From the NCBI RefSeq assembly GCF_000012905.2, contig NC_007488.2, positions 82,180 to 114,179 on the forward strand: DNA of 32,000 bases. Reading direction: 5' to 3'. Positions within the stretch are counted from its first letter, which is position 1; each line of letters begins with the position of its first letter. This document shows positions 23,226-30,577 of this stretch, piece by piece. The position numbers were made by a program, and so were the translations under genes. The DNA comes from Cereibacter sphaeroides 2.4.1 (lineage in GTDB: Bacteria; Pseudomonadota; Alphaproteobacteria; Rhodobacterales; Rhodobacteraceae). The notes below the pieces were generated by a model. It was given only the letters and a program-made list of their open reading frames with translations. It was not told where the DNA came from and made no database searches.

Positions 23226-24638
23226 TCACCGGCCGGGCGTGAGCGACGAGAGCCAGCGCACCAGCGGGCCCGGGCTCCGGTTCTCGATCTCGAGGTCGTT
23301 GCGGATGCGGATGGCGCGGCGCACGAGGCGCGCGCCCAGCGTGCGCACCGGCTCCGGCGGCAGCGTCTGGCGGCGCGCAAGACCCACGAGGCCGCTCCGG
23401 CTCCAGCGGTCGTCCTGCCCGAGCACGAGGCTTGCGAGGATCCGGCCCGCGACCGGCGTCTGGGCGATGCCGGTGCCGTTGAAGCCCACGCCGAACAGGA
23501 TGTCGGGCTCGCCCGTGAGCGAGCCGAAGACGGGCAGATGCGCGGCCGAACAGTCGATGGGGCCGGACCAGTCGGCCGCGATCTTCACGCCCCGCAGTTC
23601 GGGATAGACGCGGGAGAGCTCGCGCAGATTGTCGGCGCCGCCGTCCGGCCGGCGGTTGAAGGCCGCGCCGAAGCGGTTGCCGTAGGCCACATTCCCGCTG
23701 CCGCGCCCGAAGACCACGCGCCCGCCCCTGGTGCGCTGGTAATAGAGCACATGGGCCTGCGCGTCGCAGATCGACTCGCCGCCCGTCCAGCCCAGCCGGT
23801 CGAGCGTCTCGGCCACCGGCTCGGTCGCGACGATCTGGCTGTCCACCACATAGAGGTAGCGGGAGAGCTCGGGCAGCGCCGCGGCCCAGGCGTTCGAGGC
23901 GATCACCACCTTGCCCGCCTGAAGCGTGCCGCCCGGCGTCTGCAGCCGGCAGGGCCTGCCCGACACGATCTCGGACACGGGGCTCCGCTCGTGAATCGCG
24001 ACGCCCCGCGACAGCGCCAGCGCCCGCAGCCCGAGGGCGAGCTTCGCGGGCTGCACCGTGCCCGCGCGCGGCTCGACCACGCCCATGTAGGAGGCGCCCG
24101 AGCCGGTGCGGCGGCGGATCTCCTCCGCGCCCACGGGCCGCAGCCGGTCGGCCTCGCCCGCCTTGCGGCAAAGATCGGCGGCGGGCTCCCACGCGCCTTC
24201 CTGCGCCCGCGCGCTGGCCGTCCAGAGCCAGCCGTCGAGCCGCAGGTCCATGTCGATCGTGCCCGAGGCCTGCAGCTCCGCCAGCTCCTCGATGGCCTCG
24301 GCGGTGGCATGGCAGAGCGCCAGCGCCTCCTCGGCGCCGACGAGGCGGGTCAGCAGGTCGAGCTCCGCGAACCAGCTGTGGACCTGCCCGCCGTTCCGCC
24401 CCGAGGCGCCCGAGCCGCAGAAATCGGCCTCGAGGATCGTCACGCGCAGCTCGGGCGCCTGCTCCTTCAGGCGCAGCGCCGTCCAGAGGCCGGTGTAACC
24501 GCCGCCGACGATGGCCACGTCGCAGGCGGCCTCGCCCGCGAAGGGCGGCGTCGCGGGGCCTGCGCCCAGATCGCGGAGCCAGAAGGAGCGGTCGCCCTCG
24601 GGCGCCGCGGCGGGAAGTGCCAGCCTGTAGGACGCCAT
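23226..24638 (-). CDS. FAD-dependent oxidoreductase (DAO family; PuuB/OrdL- or opine/amadoriase-like amine oxidoreductase)
   Basis: 470 aa. DVAIVGGGYTGLWTAL is the dinucleotide-binding motif, followed by ILEADFCGSGASGRNGG. The start lies 2 nt after the kinase stop. Confidence 0.8.
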   Translation of the reverse strand: MASYRLALPAAAPEGDRSFWLRDLGAGPATPPFAGEAACDVAIVGGGYTGLWTALRLKEQAPELRVTILEADFCGSGASGRNGGQVHSWFAELDLLTRLVGAEEALALCHATAEAIEELAELQASGTIDMDLRLDGWLWTASARAQEGAWEPAADLCRKAGEADRLRPVGAEEIRRRTGSGASYMGVVEPRAGTVQPAKLALGLRALALSRGVAIHERSPVSEIVSGRPCRLQTPGGTLQAGKVVIASNAWAAALPELSRYLYVVDSQIVATEPVAETLDRLGWTGGESICDAQAHVLYYQRTRGGRVVFGRGSGNVAYGNRFGAAFNRRPDGGADNLRELSRVYPELRGVKIAADWSGPIDCSAAHLPVFGSLTGEPDILFGVGFNGTGIAQTPVAGRILASLVLGQDDRWSRSGLVGLARRQTLPPEPVRTLGARLVRRAIRIRNDLEIENRSPGPLVRWLSSLTPGR

Positions 24639-24639
24639 C

Positions 24640-25497
24640 TCAGACCTCTCCCGCCGCGATCACCTCGGCATATTTGTCCAGGAGCCACGAGGGGATCGGC
24701 AGCAGCGGCTGCGGAAAGCCGCCCTCGTGCAGGCAGGTGTTGGTGGCCGCATCCGCCGCCCCGCGCAGGGCCTCGGCATCGGCGCGGCGCTCGATGGCCC
24801 AGAGCGCGATGAAGCGCGCGATGAAGCTGTCGCCCGCGCCGCAGGTGTCCACCACCTCGACCCGCCGCGCGCGAACGGGCGTGACGGTGCCGCCCGCCTC
24901 GAGGAAGGCACCGCGGCTGCCGCAGGTCACGACGGTGGCCTGCGCGCCGCGCTCGCGGAAGCGGGCGAGCAGCGGCTCGACCCGCTCGGACGGATCCTCG
25001 GGCCCCGAGGCGAAGACGAGCGGCACGCCCTCGAGATCGAGGAGATCGTGATGCGTCGAGACATCGACCGAAAAGCGCGCGCCGTCGCGGACGAGGGCGC
25101 GCACCAGTTCGGGTGCGCTGTGGGTGCCCAGATGCACCCAGTCGGCGGCCCGCAGCGCCGCGTAACGCGCGCCCTCGGGCACATAGCCCAGCCCCACGCC
25201 CAGATCCTCGAGCAGGAAGCGCCGGTCGCCGTCGCGTTCGAGGAGAAGCGTGACGGCGGTGCTGCCCGGGCGCACCTCGCAATCGTCGGGATCGAGCCCC
25301 GCGCGGCAGAGGGCGGTGCGGACCACATCGCCCTCGGGGTCGGGGCCGACAAGGCCGAAGTAGCGCGTCTTCAGGCCCGCGCGCATCCATTGCACCGCCA
25401 CGTTGAGGGCATTGCCCCCCACCGCCATGCGGTCCTTCGACAGATAGACATCGAGACAATTGTCGCCCACGGCGATCAGGGTCGGGCTGCGGCTCAT
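24640..25497 (-). CDS. PfkB-family ketoamine kinase, fructoselysine 6-kinase (FrlD)-like
   Basis: In-frame ATG at 25497 overlaps the upstream stop (ATGA). IAVGDNCLDVY and GGNALNVAV closely resemble E. coli FrlD (IGDNCVDIY, GGNAVNVAV, recalled from memory). DTCGAGDSFIA is the PfkB signature. Confidence 0.85.
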   Translation of the reverse strand: MSRSPTLIAVGDNCLDVYLSKDRMAVGGNALNVAVQWMRAGLKTRYFGLVGPDPEGDVVRTALCRAGLDPDDCEVRPGSTAVTLLLERDGDRRFLLEDLGVGLGYVPEGARYAALRAADWVHLGTHSAPELVRALVRDGARFSVDVSTHHDLLDLEGVPLVFASGPEDPSERVEPLLARFRERGAQATVVTCGSRGAFLEAGGTVTPVRARRVEVVDTCGAGDSFIARFIALWAIERRADAEALRGAADAATNTCLHEGGFPQPLLPIPSWLLDKYAEVIAAGEV

Positions 25498-26351
25498 GGG
25501 CGGGCCTCCACGGGATCGAGATGCGGCGCGAGCGCCGTGAGATGGCGGGTCCAGGCCGCCACCGGATCGAGGGCATAGGAACCGTCGCCGAAGGGCTCGA
25601 AGGAGAGCGCGCCGCGATAGCCCGCCGCCGCGAGATCGGCGAGGATCCGGGCGAGCGGCAGCGTGCCCTCGCCCCAGACGAGATGGCCCGCCGGGCGGCC
25701 ATCCACGAGATGCACATGGGCGAGCCTGTCGCCGAAGAGGCGCGCGTAATCGGCCACGCTGTCGCCCGCGCAGGCCATGGCGACCGTGTCGAGCACCACA
25801 TCCACCGTGTCCGCGCCCACCATCTCCAGCAGGCGCGCCGTATCGGCGGCGCTGTGGGCGATGTTGCTCTCCACCCGCTGGAGCGGCTCGAGCAGGCAGC
25901 GGAGCCCGAGGCCCGCCGCATGGCCCGCGATCAGGCGCAGCGCCTCGGCCGAGCGGTCCCAGGCGCGCGCGGCGGGCTCGCTCTCGTAGCCGCGGCCGGG
26001 GGTCAGGAACAGGTGCCGCGCGCCCAGCTCGGCCGCGATGTCGGCCGCGCGGCGGAAGCGGTCGATGCTGGCCGCGCGGAAGGCATCGTCGCCCGAGGCG
26101 ATGTTGATCGGATAGACCACCTGCTCGGGCGTGAGGCAGCGCACCGACAGGCCCTCGCCCGACAGCACGCATTTCACCTCCGCCACGTCGCGGTCGGTCG
26201 AGTGGAAGAGGTCGAGATGCGGCGCCACGCCCCAGAGCTCGATCTCGGTGAAGCCGAAGCCGCGCATCCGGCGCGCCACCTCGGCCAGCGGGAAGTGCTG
26301 GAAGGCGAAGTTCGCGCCGATCGACTGGCGGGCGGAGAGACGGGCGCTCAT
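25494..26351 (-). CDS. Xylose-isomerase-like TIM-barrel sugar isomerase/epimerase (FrlC-like family)
   Basis: 285 aa. TEIELWG, ARHLFLTPG, LLEPL and HVHLVD form the usual pattern of metal-binding strands in this fold. The gene is overlapped at both ends by its neighbours (ATGA). Confidence 0.75.
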   Translation of the reverse strand: MSARLSARQSIGANFAFQHFPLAEVARRMRGFGFTEIELWGVAPHLDLFHSTDRDVAEVKCVLSGEGLSVRCLTPEQVVYPINIASGDDAFRAASIDRFRRAADIAAELGARHLFLTPGRGYESEPAARAWDRSAEALRLIAGHAAGLGLRCLLEPLQRVESNIAHSAADTARLLEMVGADTVDVVLDTVAMACAGDSVADYARLFGDRLAHVHLVDGRPAGHLVWGEGTLPLARILADLAAAGYRGALSFEPFGDGSYALDPVAAWTRHLTALAPHLDPVEARP

Positions 26352-27193
26352 TTCGCCATCCCTTCGGTCAGGCCGCGGATGAAGTATCGCTGGGTCAGGA
26401 AGAAGATGATGACGATGGGCAGCGCCGAGAGCGTCATGGCGGCGAAGACCTGCGCGAAGTCGGTGCCCTGCTTCGACATCAGCGAGGTGAGGCCCACGGG
26501 CAGCGTCTGCACGCCGGGACTGTTGGTGAAGATCATGGCGAAGAGATATTCGTTCCAGGCAAAGAGGATATGGAGCACGACGCAGGAGACGACGATCGGC
26601 CGGCAGAGCGGCAGGATGATCCTGCGGTAGATCTGGCCGGGGCTTGCGCCGTCCATCATGGCGGCCTCGTCGAGGTCGCGCGGCAGGTCGAGCATGTAGG
26701 CGCGGATCAGGAAGGTGGTGAAGGGCACGCGGAAGGCGGTGTAGAGGATGATGAGCGCCCAGTGCGTGTCGTAGAGCCCGAGCGACTGGAGCATCCGCAC
26801 CAGCGGCACGAGGGCGACGGTCGGGCTCAGCATCATGCCGCCGAGGACGAAGGCGGTGATGAGGGGCTTTGCCGGCATCGCCGTCCGCGTGAGCCCATAG
26901 GCCGCGCGCGCCGAGATCAGCACGGTCGCCACCGTCGAGACCAGCGTGACGAGGAGGCTCGAGACCATGTAGCCCTGCACCCCGCGCCAGGCCGAGAAGT
27001 AGTTCTCGAGCGACCAGTCCTGCGGCAGGGCGAAGGGCTGGTCGAAGATCTGGCTGTTCGACTTGAAGCCGCCGAGCCCCATCCAGAGCAGCGGATAAAG
27101 CACGACGACGCCCACGGCGAGGAGGAAGGCCCAGAGGAAGGCCTGCCCCATCACGGGCCAGAAGCCGCGGGCGGAGTGGGTCGCGCCGCTCAT
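26348..27193 (-). CDS. CUT1 sugar ABC transporter permease (MalG-like)
   Basis: In-frame ATG at 27193 overlaps the upstream stop (ATGA). The EAA loop is DLDEAAMMDGASPGQIYRRIILPL. The upstream part of track ORF 26348..28180 is a shadow frame over the neighbouring permease gene. Confidence 0.85.
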   Translation of the reverse strand: MSGATHSARGFWPVMGQAFLWAFLLAVGVVVLYPLLWMGLGGFKSNSQIFDQPFALPQDWSLENYFSAWRGVQGYMVSSLLVTLVSTVATVLISARAAYGLTRTAMPAKPLITAFVLGGMMLSPTVALVPLVRMLQSLGLYDTHWALIILYTAFRVPFTTFLIRAYMLDLPRDLDEAAMMDGASPGQIYRRIILPLCRPIVVSCVVLHILFAWNEYLFAMIFTNSPGVQTLPVGLTSLMSKQGTDFAQVFAAMTLSALPIVIIFFLTQRYFIRGLTEGMAK

Positions 27194-28155
27194 GCGAGGA
27201 CCCTCCGCCGCCGGGTGTACCAGAGCTGCAGGATGCCCGTGAGCATCGTCACCGCGAAGACGACCGAACCGATGGCCGCGGCATAGCCCATGTCGTTCTG
27301 GTTGAAGCCCTGCTCGTAGAGCCATGTGCCCAGCACCTGGCTCGAATTGTTCGGCCCGCCGCCGGTCATGACCATGACCTCGTTGAAGACCTGAAAGGCG
27401 CCGGTCACGGTCACGATGATCATCATGCCGGTCATCTCGCGCGTGAGGGGGAAGGTGATGCTCCAGAGCTGGCGGAGCGGGCCCGCCCCGTCCATCCGCG
27501 CCGCGTCGTAAAGCTCCTGCGGGATCTTCTGGATCGCGATGGTGAAGAGGAGCGTCGAATAGCCGAAGCCCTGCCACTGGCTCATGGCGATGATGGCATA
27601 GATCGCCGTCCGCGGATCGCCGAGCCAGACATGCGACCATTCCTGCAGGTTCAGGGCCTTCAGCAGCCCGTCGAGGATGCCGATGTCGGGCTGATAGATG
27701 AAATAGAAGAGGAGCCCGGTGACGGTCGTCGAGATGGCCGAGGGCACGAAATAGAGCGCCCGCCAGAAGTTGCGCCAGCGTTCCGAGGACAGGCCCTCGA
27801 CGATGGCGGCGAGGCAGAAGGCCGCGAAGACCTGGAAGAGGATGGAGAGCACCGCATAGGCGCCGTTGTTCCAGAGCGCGCGGCCCACCACCGGGTCCTG
27901 CGTGAGCCTGCGGTAATTGTCGAGCCCGACCTGCGTCACCTCGCCGGTGAAGATGTCCTGGTTCGTGGTGCTGACGAAGAAGTTGTTGACGATCGGGTAA
28001 TAGACGAACCAGCCCACAAGGACGAGCGCCACGACGATCCAGCGCAGCGCCAGCAGCCGGGAGAGGAGGGGGCGCAGCCGCGGCCCCCTCCCTGCCCCGT
28101 GGGCGGGGCCGCTGAGGGCGACCCCGCTCTTTCCGATGTCCGCGGACAAGCTCAT
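27190..28155 (-). CDS. CUT1 sugar ABC transporter permease (MalF-like)
   Basis: In-frame ATG at 28155 overlaps the SBP stop by 1 nt (TGATG). The EAA loop is ELYDAARMDGAGPLRQLWSITFPL. Confidence 0.85.
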   Translation of the reverse strand: MSLSADIGKSGVALSGPAHGAGRGPRLRPLLSRLLALRWIVVALVLVGWFVYYPIVNNFFVSTTNQDIFTGEVTQVGLDNYRRLTQDPVVGRALWNNGAYAVLSILFQVFAAFCLAAIVEGLSSERWRNFWRALYFVPSAISTTVTGLLFYFIYQPDIGILDGLLKALNLQEWSHVWLGDPRTAIYAIIAMSQWQGFGYSTLLFTIAIQKIPQELYDAARMDGAGPLRQLWSITFPLTREMTGMMIIVTVTGAFQVFNEVMVMTGGGPNNSSQVLGTWLYEQGFNQNDMGYAAAIGSVVFAVTMLTGILQLWYTRRRRVLA

Positions 28156-29465
28156 CACTTGGCCGCGGCGGCGGCCGCACGGACTTCGGCCACGACCTCC
28201 TCGGCCGTGAGGTTGCCGCCCGCGAAGGCCTGCAGGTTCGACAGCCACGCCGCGGCGACGCGCGGATGGTTCACCGTATCCAGCCACTGCATCAGGTAGG
28301 AGGCCTCGGCGATATCCTCGAGGCCGCCCACCACGGCCGGGCTCATCTGCGCCGGATCCGCGCCGCCCACCACGGCGCTCGGCTGGCCGTAGGGCGGGGC
28401 CGACAGCACCTTCGCATTGGCCTGACTCGTCACGAACTTCATGAAATCGAGCGCGAGCGGCACATTCTCGGAGGCCGAGGAGATCATGTAGCCCTCGGGC
28501 GCGCCTTCGAGCGCCTTCGGATCGCCCTTGGCATCCTTCGGCGCCGGCAGCGGGAAGAAGCCGAACTCCTCGGGCTTGAGCTTGGTCTTGTCCGAGGCCG
28601 AATTGTCGAACTCGATGATCTCCTGATAATACATCGCCGACTTGCCGTCGCTCAGCTCCTGGATCGCATTCTGATAGGAGATGCCGTTCATGCCCGCGCC
28701 GATGGTGCAGCGGTCGGCGATGGCCTTGAACTGCTCGAGCGAGGCGACATAGCCCGGGTCTTCATAGTCCGCGGTCGCCGGGTCGAAATCGCGCTCCAGC
28801 ACGTCCTTCGGCACGTTGTAGGCCAGCAGCTGGCCGAGATAATGGACGGCGACCCAGGGCTCCTTGTTGCCGATCGAGATCGGCGTGATGCCCGCCTCCT
28901 TGATCGTGTCGCAGGCCGCCAGCATGTCCTCGAGCGTCTCGGGCTCCGACAGGCCCAGCTTCTCGAAGATGGGCTTGCTGTAGCCCATGAATTTCGCATC
29001 GAGATAGAGCGGGATGCCATAATGCTTGCCGTCGTAGACGAAGGCATCGACCGCGGCCGGGGCGAAGGTCTTGCCCCAGTCCGTGTCCGGTCCGATCACC
29101 GGCGTCAGATCCACCGCCCGCTTGCCGCGGATGAAGTTGCCGCCCCAGGTGCCGGTCCAGGAGAAGAAGACATCCGGGATCGAGTTCGAGGCGACCAGCG
29201 TCTTGGTCTTGCCCTTCACGCTGTCATCGTCTTCCTGGATGAGCTCGATTGTGACGCCGGGATGCTGCGCCTCGTATTCCTGCGCCAGCTCGGTGAAATA
29301 GGGCGCGAGGCGCTGCATCCCGAACTTGGTCAGCACCTTGATCGTGCCCTCGTATTCGACCGGGGCCGCGGGATCGGCGACCGCCGTCTGGGCCGCGGCG
29401 GCGCCCGCTCCCAGCGCCGACAGTGCGGCGACGATGGCTGTCATGGACTGCAAGGACCGTTTCAT
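28155..29465 (-). CDS. CUT1 sugar-type ABC transporter substrate-binding protein (family 1 SBP)
   Basis: 436 aa. The Sec signal peptide is MKRSLQSMTAIVAALSALGAGAAAAQ. The length and composition are typical of MalE-like family-1 SBPs. Confidence 0.85.
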   Translation of the reverse strand: MKRSLQSMTAIVAALSALGAGAAAAQTAVADPAAPVEYEGTIKVLTKFGMQRLAPYFTELAQEYEAQHPGVTIELIQEDDDSVKGKTKTLVASNSIPDVFFSWTGTWGGNFIRGKRAVDLTPVIGPDTDWGKTFAPAAVDAFVYDGKHYGIPLYLDAKFMGYSKPIFEKLGLSEPETLEDMLAACDTIKEAGITPISIGNKEPWVAVHYLGQLLAYNVPKDVLERDFDPATADYEDPGYVASLEQFKAIADRCTIGAGMNGISYQNAIQELSDGKSAMYYQEIIEFDNSASDKTKLKPEEFGFFPLPAPKDAKGDPKALEGAPEGYMISSASENVPLALDFMKFVTSQANAKVLSAPPYGQPSAVVGGADPAQMSPAVVGGLEDIAEASYLMQWLDTVNHPRVAAAWLSNLQAFAGGNLTAEEVVAEVRAAAAAAK

Positions 29466-29510
29466 CTCTCTCTCCTGTTGTCGGGCTTCTTGTTGGTCTT
29501 GGGTTGGGCG

Positions 29511-30449
29511 TCAGTCGCCGGGGCGCGGGGCGGGCGGCCCCAGATGGGCCTCGACCCGCTCGAGCAGCGCCGCGAGGATCACCGGGGTCGCCAGCGCCCG
29601 CAGGCGGGGGCCAAGGCCCGGCAGCTCGGCCGCGGCCGCATCCACGATGCGCAGACGGTCGGTGTAGCGGCCCACGAACCGCTCGACGCGGAGGGTCAGC
29701 GGGCGCAGGGCATCCTCGCCCTTCACGAGAAGGAGGCTCACCCCCGGCTCGATCAGTTCGAGCGTGCCGTGGAAGAAATCGGCGGCATGGACCGGGCGCG
29801 CGGGCAGGCGCAGCCCGCGCTCCAGCGCCGACAGCGCGAAGCGGTGCGCCACGGGCCAGGCCCCGCCCGCGCCGGTGACGATCTGATAGGGCTCGGCCCG
29901 CAGGCGCGCGGCCAGCCGGGCGGCCTCGGGCTCGAAGGCCGCTTTCGCAGGCCCGAGATCGCGGGGCAGGGCGGCCAGCCCCTCGCGGACCGCGTCGGGC
30001 GCCGCGATCTCTCCCCGCGCCGCGAGCAGATGGACAGCCCAGGCCAGCGCCTGCAGGCAAAGGGCCTCGGGCGCCATCGGCGCGAGCGTCCAGACCGCGG
30101 CCCCCCGGGCGGCAAGCGTCTCCGCCAGATCCGGGTCGGGCGCCGAAAGCAGCACCAGCGTGCCGGGCGCGCGCTCCGGCGGCAGGCCGATCCGCGCCTC
30201 CTCCGAGGCAAGCGCGAAAGAGGCCAGCCGCGAGGTCCGGCCCACCAGATCGAGCGCGGGTTGCGCCAGAAGCTGCGCCTCTCCCCCGCCCACCAGCACG
30301 AGCCTTTCCACCGACAGGGCCGGGATCCAGCGCGCCGCCGTCTCGGCCGCCGCCAGCGCCGCTTCGAGATCCCGCCGATGGCCCGCCGCGTCAAACGGCC
30401 CGGCAAGGGCAGTGGCGCGAGACAGGGACGAGCCGGCGGGAAGATTCAT
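29511..30449 (-). CDS. FrlB-like two-SIS-domain paralogue with a degenerate N-terminal phosphosugar-binding loop
   Basis: The C-terminal half is clearly homologous to the 14141..15154 protein: TGAGGAWPVAHRF and VHAADFFHGTLELIEPGVSLLLVKGEDA against VHASDFFHGPLELIEPGVSLVLFRGEDA. The N-terminal half has LLSAPDPDLAE where the paralogue has SLSGATKES. I prefer ATG 30449, because the track start at 30473 is a TTG inside an A-run. Confidence 0.65.
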   Translation of the reverse strand: MNLPAGSSLSRATALAGPFDAAGHRRDLEAALAAAETAARWIPALSVERLVLVGGGEAQLLAQPALDLVGRTSRLASFALASEEARIGLPPERAPGTLVLLSAPDPDLAETLAARGAAVWTLAPMAPEALCLQALAWAVHLLAARGEIAAPDAVREGLAALPRDLGPAKAAFEPEAARLAARLRAEPYQIVTGAGGAWPVAHRFALSALERGLRLPARPVHAADFFHGTLELIEPGVSLLLVKGEDALRPLTLRVERFVGRYTDRLRIVDAAAAELPGLGPRLRALATPVILAALLERVEAHLGPPAPRPGD

Positions 30450-30462
30450 GAGACCGATCTCA
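30449..30462. promoter_or_regulatory. LacI-family-type 14-bp operator (copy 1), overlapping the SIS gene start codon
   Basis: TGAGACCGATCTCA is a dyad centred on CG, with half-sites TGAGACC and TGAGATC (6/7). This is the TG..A.CG.T..CA architecture typical of LacI/GalR operators. Confidence 0.5.
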
Positions 30463-30471
30463 CAGCGAGGC

Positions 30472-30515
30472 AAAAAAGGATCGGTCCGGCCGCCGCAGCG
30501 ACTGAGAGACCGATC
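30472..30515 (-). terminator. Terminator/attenuator-like hairpin plus U6 tract on the minus-strand transcript, between lacI-like gene and catabolic operon
   Basis: On the minus strand GATCGGTC (30515-30508) pairs with GACCGATC (30485-30478), followed by C and TTTTTT (30477-30472). The stem is only 8 bp and the loop is ~22 nt. The arms are copies of the operator core. Confidence 0.3.
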
Positions 30516-30518
30516 TCA
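30505..30518. promoter_or_regulatory. LacI-family-type operator (copy 2)
   Basis: AGAGACCGATCTCA is identical to copy 1 at 13 of 14 positions. It abuts or overlaps the tandem TATGAG elements on the minus strand. Confidence 0.5.
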
Positions 30519-30551
30519 TACTCATACTGCACGCGAGACTCGATCTGGCAA
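30515..30551 (-). promoter_or_regulatory. Candidate sigma70-type promoter for the SIS-SBP-permease-kinase operon
   Basis: On the minus strand: TTGCCA (30551-30546), a 19-nt spacer, TATGAG (30526-30521), and a tandem second TATGAG (30520-30515). The spacer is longer than optimal. A degenerate third operator-like copy, GAGACTCGATCT (30535-30546), fills part of the spacer and abuts the -35. Confidence 0.25.
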
Positions 30552-30577
30552 GAGATTCTTTGACGGCGTGCGAGAGG

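Noticed and set aside
22010-25921. ORFs 22010..23242(+), 22023..23213(-), 23136..24812(+), 23155..24192(-), 24467..25921(-), 24727..25578(+)
   Set aside because: They overlap the MalK-like, FAD oxidoreductase, kinase and TIM-barrel genes in other frames. All are Arg/Pro/Gly/Ala-rich with no motifs.
30450-30473. Eight-codon N-terminal extension of the SIS paralogue (track start 30473)
   Set aside because: That start is a TTG inside the A6/T6 run and would place the operator inside the coding sequence. ATG 30449 is preferred, although it has no strong Shine-Dalgarno either.
28266-30563. 765-aa plus-strand ORF, the longest in the window; also 29224..30060(-) and 29753..30406(-)
   Set aside because: It is antisense to the sugar SBP and the SIS paralogue and continues through the operator-rich intergenic region. 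It has Arg/Gly/Leu/Asp/His-rich composition and no recognisable domain.
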